From an uncultured Bacilli bacterium (GTDB taxonomy: Bacteria; Bacillota_I; Bacilli_A; RF39; UBA660), in the NCBI GenBank assembly GCA_944329355.1, contig CALVID010000006.1:1-43541 (forward strand): a DNA stretch of 43,541 nucleotides, in the 5' to 3' direction. This document shows, in pieces, positions 38,518 to 43,541 of this stretch; position 1 is the first letter of the stretch, and the number at the start of each line of letters is the position of its first letter. The notes below the pieces were generated by a model, which saw nothing but the letters and a program-made list of their open reading frames with translations, was not told the origin of the DNA and made no database searches. A program made the position numbers and the translations under genes.

Positions 38518-40356
38518 TCAAAATTTGACATTATTTAACAACTTATAAAGTCCCTTTAAAACAACAAACATGGCATAAGTATCTTGTTGACAATATTCTA
38601 CTAACTTTTGATATTTATGTTTATAGTCTAAAGACAACAACTTAGGAAAGATTGCATAAGTAACCATAGCCTCTACTCCATTACCGATTTCCATGCCCTT
38701 ATAAGTTAAATCAGAAAACAATGGCAAAACTTTTTTAATAGAAAACGATCCATCCATATCAGGATGATAATAATTAAACATTTTAGACTCTTCGTTAGAA
38801 TATCCCAATTTTTCATACAAAGAGGACTTTGTTTTTACAATATTCATCAAATCAAACACATTATCCCTAATTTTTAATAACTTTTCCCTATATTCTGGAA
38901 AAATATAAGCTAATTCCTTTAACCTCGTTTTTTCAAAAGACTCATTATAAACTAGCACAATACCATCATCTTTAATTAAACTACACATCTCTTTAATCAA
39001 ATCCAACCTATGATCCAAATGATCAGGAGCTAAATAACCATAATGATCATTCTCTTTATCGCACACACCTGGTTTTCTTTCGATATGTAACGAAAACTGA
39101 AAAACAGATTGTGTATAAGGCCTTTCTCCTTTATATCTAGGAAGGGGGCAAGGAAAAGTTTCAAAATCTAAATGATATAATGGATATTTTATTTGTTTAA
39201 TACCATCTTTTATTTTTTTAAAATCTATATAAGGTTTACCACTAATTACACAATCTTTTTGAATTTTATTTTTCCTTCTATTCAGCATTTTATCAGGAAT
39301 ATCTAACATCCCAACCTTACCTTGATTAATCAAATCAAATGTATCGTATTTTGTATTACCATCTTTAAATCCAAAATTATTATTCATATAACAAAGTATT
39401 GAATGCTTTTTAGGTAAAACGTTAAAACAAATATTAGAATATTTACACTTAACTGTTTTTTTATATTCGCAAAATTCCCCCAACGGTACTCTTGAAGCAT
39501 CTAAATTATCGATATAGCATTTTATTTTTTTACTATCTAAATAAATCTTATCCATTAAATTACTAGTAATACTAGTTACATCAATAAAAGAAATAATATC
39601 TTCCCCATCAACAGAATCATAAATAGGTTCGCCATCTTTGTATTTTCCATCAAAGACATAATTACTATTTAAAACTGCTAAATAATATCTTGTTTGTTTG
39701 TTCTCACCATGTTTTTTTAAATCATTTTCTATTATAAATCTTTGTACTGCAATATCATAAATATAATGGCCACATGATGTATATCTATCAAATAACTTAT
39801 TTTTATTTTTTTCATAAACCTTTAATGGCATATAATCTTCAATGTTTAAATTTAAATCTTCAAGTAAATAATAAATTCCATTCTCCCCTTTTTGAAAAAT
39901 AGAATGTTCTTTGCTCCCTAAATTCAAGTATTTTTTAGTAGTAGTCGCTTTAACCTCAATTATATTAATTTCTTTATCACTTTCATTATAAATATCTACA
40001 TAACATAAATATCTTATGTTATCTATAACCGCATCAAAACTTTCTTGATTATAAGTACTCTTGGAAAATTTAAAATTACCTTTAAAATAATTGGAGGCAA
40101 GTTCACCAGCTAAAATTTCAACCTTATTATAATATGGAAGCATGGTCTCTAAGTGTTCATTTTTAATATCAATTAAATCATTACCACTTTCATCAAACAT
40201 ATTACCAAGTAATTCGGTAATATGTTCAAGTTCCTCTTCCTTTTTATAGTCTTCTATTGATACCATACTATTTAATTTTTCTTTTTTCAAATCATCTAAA
40301 GCCACATATCTAGGACATCTAGAATAATTTATAAATTTTGTCTTAGTTATCGCCAT
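38518..40356 (-). CDS. DUF2779-type protein: N-terminal PD-(D/E)xK nuclease-like domain plus C-terminal RNase H/DnaQ-like exonuclease
   Basis: ITKTKF..Y.RCPR, VDI..IIEVK, DIAVQ, C-x7-C-x5-C cluster, LDFET, FQFSLH, YNESFEK, SIKKVLP, YCQQDT. Confidence 0.8.
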   Translation of the reverse strand: MAITKTKFINYSRCPRYVALDDLKKEKLNSMVSIEDYKKEEELEHITELLGNMFDESGNDLIDIKNEHLETMLPYYNKVEILAGELASNYFKGNFKFSKSTYNQESFDAVIDNIRYLCYVDIYNESDKEINIIEVKATTTKKYLNLGSKEHSIFQKGENGIYYLLEDLNLNIEDYMPLKVYEKNKNKLFDRYTSCGHYIYDIAVQRFIIENDLKKHGENKQTRYYLAVLNSNYVFDGKYKDGEPIYDSVDGEDIISFIDVTSITSNLMDKIYLDSKKIKCYIDNLDASRVPLGEFCEYKKTVKCKYSNICFNVLPKKHSILCYMNNNFGFKDGNTKYDTFDLINQGKVGMLDIPDKMLNRRKNKIQKDCVISGKPYIDFKKIKDGIKQIKYPLYHLDFETFPCPLPRYKGERPYTQSVFQFSLHIERKPGVCDKENDHYGYLAPDHLDHRLDLIKEMCSLIKDDGIVLVYNESFEKTRLKELAYIFPEYREKLLKIRDNVFDLMNIVKTKSSLYEKLGYSNEESKMFNYYHPDMDGSFSIKKVLPLFSDLTYKGMEIGNGVEAMVTYAIFPKLLSLDYKHKYQKLVEYCQQDTYAMFVVLKGLYKLLNNVKF

Positions 40357-40397
40357 AATACTCCCCTAAATAAATTATACAGAACAAAATACCAAAA

Positions 40398-40803
40398 TAA
40401 ATTTTGAACCAGTGTACTTTATTTCTACATCATAAAAACCTAAGAGTTCTCTGTATAGAGTATCCTACCTTAATATATTTTTGTATGTTAAAATTTACGC
40501 TTAAATACTTTGTTCTAGATTTAACATGTATTTTTCTAAATATATTAGTAGTTGCATCATAATCATGGCCATGTTTTGTATGATATACTGGAAATTCCCA
40601 TATCTGTGTTTATTAATTAACTTTTTTAATTTTCATTCAGATATGTTTCAAACATATCATCTTTTAATATATGCATACCACCATCTATATTTGTTAAACC
40701 AACTATATCACAAACAAACGTTCTTGTAAATAGCTTTGCATAATTTTTTTAACATTTATAAAGCAAATTACCCTTGCTAAATAAAAAATTAAATTTTGAA
40801 CCA
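40398..40803 (-). pseudogene. Decayed IS200/IS605-family remnant (tnpA-like and tnpB-like fragments) bounded by 14-bp direct repeats
   Basis: TAAATTTTGAACCA at 40398-40411 and 40790-40803; minus strand 40600-40541 translates WEFPVYHTKHGHDYDATTNI (cf. TnpB WxCPxCxxxHDRDxNAAxNI); 40736-40698 gives KLFTRTFVCDIVG (weakly TnpA-like). Confidence 0.6.
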
Positions 40804-40806
40804 AAG

Positions 40807-40832
40807 AAAAAAAGTGCTTTTTTCAGCACTTT
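40807..40832 (-). terminator. Intrinsic terminator of the surface-protein gene
   Basis: AAAGTGCT-tttttc-AGCACTTT with an A-run on + (U-tract on -). Confidence 0.7.
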
Positions 40833-41742
40833 AAGCTAATTTCTTACGAGCAACAATTACTAATCCTGTACTTACAGCTAAAGCCATAGATACAAGCATA
40901 ATACCATCTGAAGTTTTTGGGTTTTCTACTTCATCTTTTACTTCATTTTCAACTTTTTCTTCATCTTTTACTTCATTTTCAACTTTTTCTTCATCTTTTA
41001 CTTCTTCAGCTGGTTCTTCTACTTCAGTTTTTACAGTAGTATAACCATTTGTAAAAGTTTGTTTTCCAACTACATCAGTAATAGAACTATAAACTTTAGT
41101 TTCTAATGATACAGCTTCAAACCCTTTCACATAAGTTAAATTAGCTGTTACATCTGCATTAGAATATACAGTTCCTTTTTCACCTAAAGTTATTTTAGCA
41201 GTTCCTAAAGGATTTATTTGCCCATAAATAACGAGATTCCCAGTTAGATTATTAACACCTGCACCTGTGTAAGTAGCATCAGCTCTAACTTCTAAACTAC
41301 CGCTAATATTAACTGTACCATTATTTACTAAAGATCCTTTAGTACCAGTAGGTAAAGCCATTCTACCATTAACATTTAAAGTAGACCCTTCATCAACAAC
41401 TAAATCAATTGGTAATGTAGAATTTTGAAGTGGTAATTGCATAATTACTTTAGATCCTTTCACTTCTGCAGTACCTTTTAAAACTATTTCAATTCTACCA
41501 CTTTTGTTTGTTAATGTTGCTGTTCCATCAATAACGTTCATTAAAGCAACTTCAGAGTCACCAACATAAACATCCTCTCCAACTTTGATAATGTCTCCAG
41601 CCTTAATTTCCAAAGATCCACCTTCTACAGCTAATTTAGCTAATGCTTCAAGACCATATTCTTCTGCATTTACTCCCATAAAAGGAACTACCATAAATGC
41701 TCCAACAAATAAACCCAAAATCATTTTTAAAGCTTTTTTCAT
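40831..41742 (-). CDS. Cell-wall-anchored surface protein with NPKTS sorting signal (start ATG 41742)
   Basis: Sec signal peptide ending VNA, G/T/V/N-rich beta domain, E/K-rich stalk, NPKTSD + hydrophobic helix + RKK. Confidence 0.88.
   Translation of the reverse strand: MKKALKMILGLFVGAFMVVPFMGVNAEEYGLEALAKLAVEGGSLEIKAGDIIKVGEDVYVGDSEVALMNVIDGTATLTNKSGRIEIVLKGTAEVKGSKVIMQLPLQNSTLPIDLVVDEGSTLNVNGRMALPTGTKGSLVNNGTVNISGSLEVRADATYTGAGVNNLTGNLVIYGQINPLGTAKITLGEKGTVYSNADVTANLTYVKGFEAVSLETKVYSSITDVVGKQTFTNGYTTVKTEVEEPAEEVKDEEKVENEVKDEEKVENEVKDEVENPKTSDGIMLVSMALAVSTGLVIVARKKLA
40929..41004. repeat. 30-bp coding tandem repeat (~2.5 copies) encoding EVKDEEKVEN
   Basis: CTTCATCTTTTACTTCATTTTCAACTTTTT repeated perfectly. 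Confidence 0.9.
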
Positions 41743-41882
41743 TTCACTCTCTCCTTTCAAATTTATTATATCAAATTAAAAAAAATAAAACAATAAAAAT
41801 AATGCTATTATGAAAAGTTTATGAAAAGCAATGTCAAGAAATTTCAAATTATGTTATAATTATTAAAGTTAGGAGTGTCAAT

Positions 41883-42731
41883 ATGCATAAAAACGGAAGA
41901 ATTACACGAAACGAATATAAAAAAAGAAAAAAGCGAAAAAAACTCATCTGGGGAACAATTTTAATTCTTAGTATCATTATTGCCATTTTATGCATTCTTA
42001 AAATTTTCTTCTGGAATCAAGACAATAAAACTATCGATAAAATCACCGAAGATATAAATAATGACAAAATTGTTCAAGAAACACAAACTGATACTGCAGA
42101 AAATATTAACCCACCAGAAGATAAATCAGATGACTATTGGGATTATATAAAAATGGATATGATGAGTGTTGATTTTAATGAATTAAAAAAGAAAAATGAC
42201 GACACTGTTGGTTTTATAAAAGTTAATGGAACTAATGTCAATTATCCAATAGTCCAAACAAATGACAACTCTTATTATCTTAACCATGCTTTTGATAAAT
42301 CCAAAAATTCTGCTGGATGGGTATTTGCCGATTATCGAAACAATATGGTAAATTTTGATAAAAACACCGTTATCTATGGTCATAGTCGTTCTAACCAAAC
42401 TGTTTTTGGCAGTTTAAAAAAAGTATTAAATAAATCATGGTATAATAATAAAAATAACCACATAATCAAATTATCAACTCCAACAGAAAATACTTTATGG
42501 CAAATTGTCAGCATATACACTATCAAACCAGAAAGCTATTATATCACCACAAAATTTTCCGATAGTCAATTTAATACTTTCATAAACACTATAAAAAAAC
42601 GTAGCGAAATAAACTTTAGCGGAGGTTTAACAGAAAATGATAAAATATTAACCCTATCAACATGTGCAGATGTCGCTGGTACTACTAGATTAGTGATACA
42701 TGCAAAATTAATTAAATTAGATAAAAGATAA
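41883..42731 (+). CDS. srtB: Class B sortase
   Basis: N-terminal TM, NYPIVQ..DN.YYL, NTVIYGH, LTLSTC, downstream catalytic R (TTRLVIHA). Confidence 0.93.
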   Translation: MHKNGRITRNEYKKRKKRKKLIWGTILILSIIIAILCILKIFFWNQDNKTIDKITEDINNDKIVQETQTDTAENINPPEDKSDDYWDYIKMDMMSVDFNELKKKNDDTVGFIKVNGTNVNYPIVQTNDNSYYLNHAFDKSKNSAGWVFADYRNNMVNFDKNTVIYGHSRSNQTVFGSLKKVLNKSWYNNKNNHIIKLSTPTENTLWQIVSIYTIKPESYYITTKFSDSQFNTFINTIKKRSEINFSGGLTENDKILTLSTCADVAGTTRLVIHAKLIKLDKR

Positions 42732-42761
42732 ACCCTTTAGGAGTAGATCCCAAAGGGTTTT
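42731..42761. terminator. Bidirectional terminator between srtB and the convergent gene
   Basis: AAACCCTTT-AGGA-GTAGA-TCCC-AAAGGGTTT. Confidence 0.7.
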
Positions 42762-43398
42762 AACTTTCTTTATAATTAATAATAACCGAAACAGTCTTGC
42801 TTAAAGTTTTATTAACAGTTGCATTACTATTATACAAAACAGAAACTTTCATATTAGTAGATTCACCAGCTTTCAGCTTATCCCCAGCTTTAATTCCATC
42901 AACACTATATATAATAGTATCATTTGGATCATTTTCCGGAACAATATAAATACTATCAACTACCGCATTTATAATCCCGCTATTTTTAATTGTTAAATCA
43001 TAAACAATTTTATCACCAGCAGCCACTAAAGAAACTGAAAAAACAGCTTTTGTACTAGTAAAATCATGCTTGCTTACTTCTTTAGCTTGACCTACTATAT
43101 CAACAACTTTCATATCGGTAAAACCTATGTTCCAAGAACCATCTTGTTCAACTTGACGTACATTAAAAGCCAATGGTTGTGCGAATGTTGCATACCACAT
43201 AACCAAAAATGCACCTAAAGCTACCAAAACTATAACTATTTTGTTGGTTGACTGTTTTGACATTTTAATATGACGATCTTTAGCATCAGTAATTTCATCT
43301 GCATGTGGTTCCCATAATTCTAAAACTTCAATTTCGTTCTCATCTTTTTCAACAATATCTTTTTTATTCAATTTATCTTTATTATCCATAGATATCAT
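42760..43398 (-). CDS. Hypothetical membrane-anchored protein with an extracellular Ig-like beta domain
   Basis: Charged N-terminus, TM ending WYATF, beta-rich domain with YDLTIKNSG.INA. Confidence 0.7.
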   Translation of the reverse strand: MISMDNKDKLNKKDIVEKDENEIEVLELWEPHADEITDAKDRHIKMSKQSTNKIVIVLVALGAFLVMWYATFAQPLAFNVRQVEQDGSWNIGFTDMKVVDIVGQAKEVSKHDFTSTKAVFSVSLVAAGDKIVYDLTIKNSGIINAVVDSIYIVPENDPNDTIIYSVDGIKAGDKLKAGESTNMKVSVLYNSNATVNKTLSKTVSVIINYKES

Positions 43399-43464
43399 TC
43401 CTTACTGTTTACTCTAAAACTAGTATATCATAAACATTTTTTTTATTCAACAAATTAATAATAA

Positions 43465-43541
43465 TTAAGAAAATTCGTAAGGACTTCCAGCTGTTCCTTC
43501 GCCATCAAAACTAATACTTTGTTTTAAATAAACTGCTGGCC
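43465..43541 (-). CDS. 3' end of a gene starting beyond the window; C-terminus typical of extracellular/pilin-associated proteins
   Basis: Translates (R)PAVYLKQSISFDGEGTAGSPYEFS*, an RPxxxL...GxGTxxxPY motif. Confidence 0.65.
   Translation of the reverse strand, partial: PAVYLKQSISFDGEGTAGSPYEFS

Noticed and set aside
40526-40729. 67-aa plus-strand ORF
   Set aside because: No SD, atypical composition, and antisense to the TnpB-like relic; probably spurious.
38518-40803. CRISPR-Cas locus (Cas4-like gene plus repeats)
   Set aside because: Only two 14-bp repeats 392 bp apart, no array and no cas1/cas2 or effector genes.
40929-41004. Possible CRISPR-like repeat
   Set aside because: The 30-bp units are head-to-tail with no spacers and in frame within a protein stalk; an ordinary coding tandem repeat.
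26915-42398. Short nested ORFs (26915-27265, 27305-27532, 27308-27700, 30237-30422, 31671-31859, 32526-32741, 41585-41779, 42183-42398)
   Set aside because: Alternative-frame or antisense overlaps with conserved genes; no independent evidence.
1-43541. Mycoplasma-type genetic code 4
   Set aside because: Conserved genes end at TGA at the expected lengths (e.g. nifJ, rsgA, rel) and are intact under code 11.

Overview
Very AT-rich chromosomal window (genetic code 11; TGA is a stop) with strong minus-strand gene bias. It comes from a spore-forming, apparently genome-reduced member of the Bacilli; an RF39/UBA660-like gut lineage is my inference from gene style and was not tested. Most content is core: fhs, recD2, mtaB, an interrupted spoIIGA-sigE...sigG...ylmC sporulation cluster, T-box-proS, comN-rel-dtd, spoVB, an rlmN-stp-pknB-rsgA-rpe-nifJ operon, secG, rpoZ, a DUF2779-type nuclease, and a class B sortase next to an NPKTS substrate. 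The standout oddity is rpe. An apparently intact ribulose-5-phosphate 3-epimerase runs in frame, with no stop, into a complete type IV pilin (RNG|FTLAELLGVIVVL...), so the enzyme sits where the cleavable prepilin leader should be. Other observations: a tRNA-Met 3' half (probable attR) at the left edge, a decayed IS200/IS605 remnant between 14-bp direct repeats, an ApbE lacking its catalytic motifs, an unannotated 53-aa ORF, a proS T-box with an unusual OFF-state, and several solo orphan genes with their own promoters. No CRISPR array, rRNA or intact transposase/integrase was seen. All family calls come from motif recognition by eye; no database searches were run.
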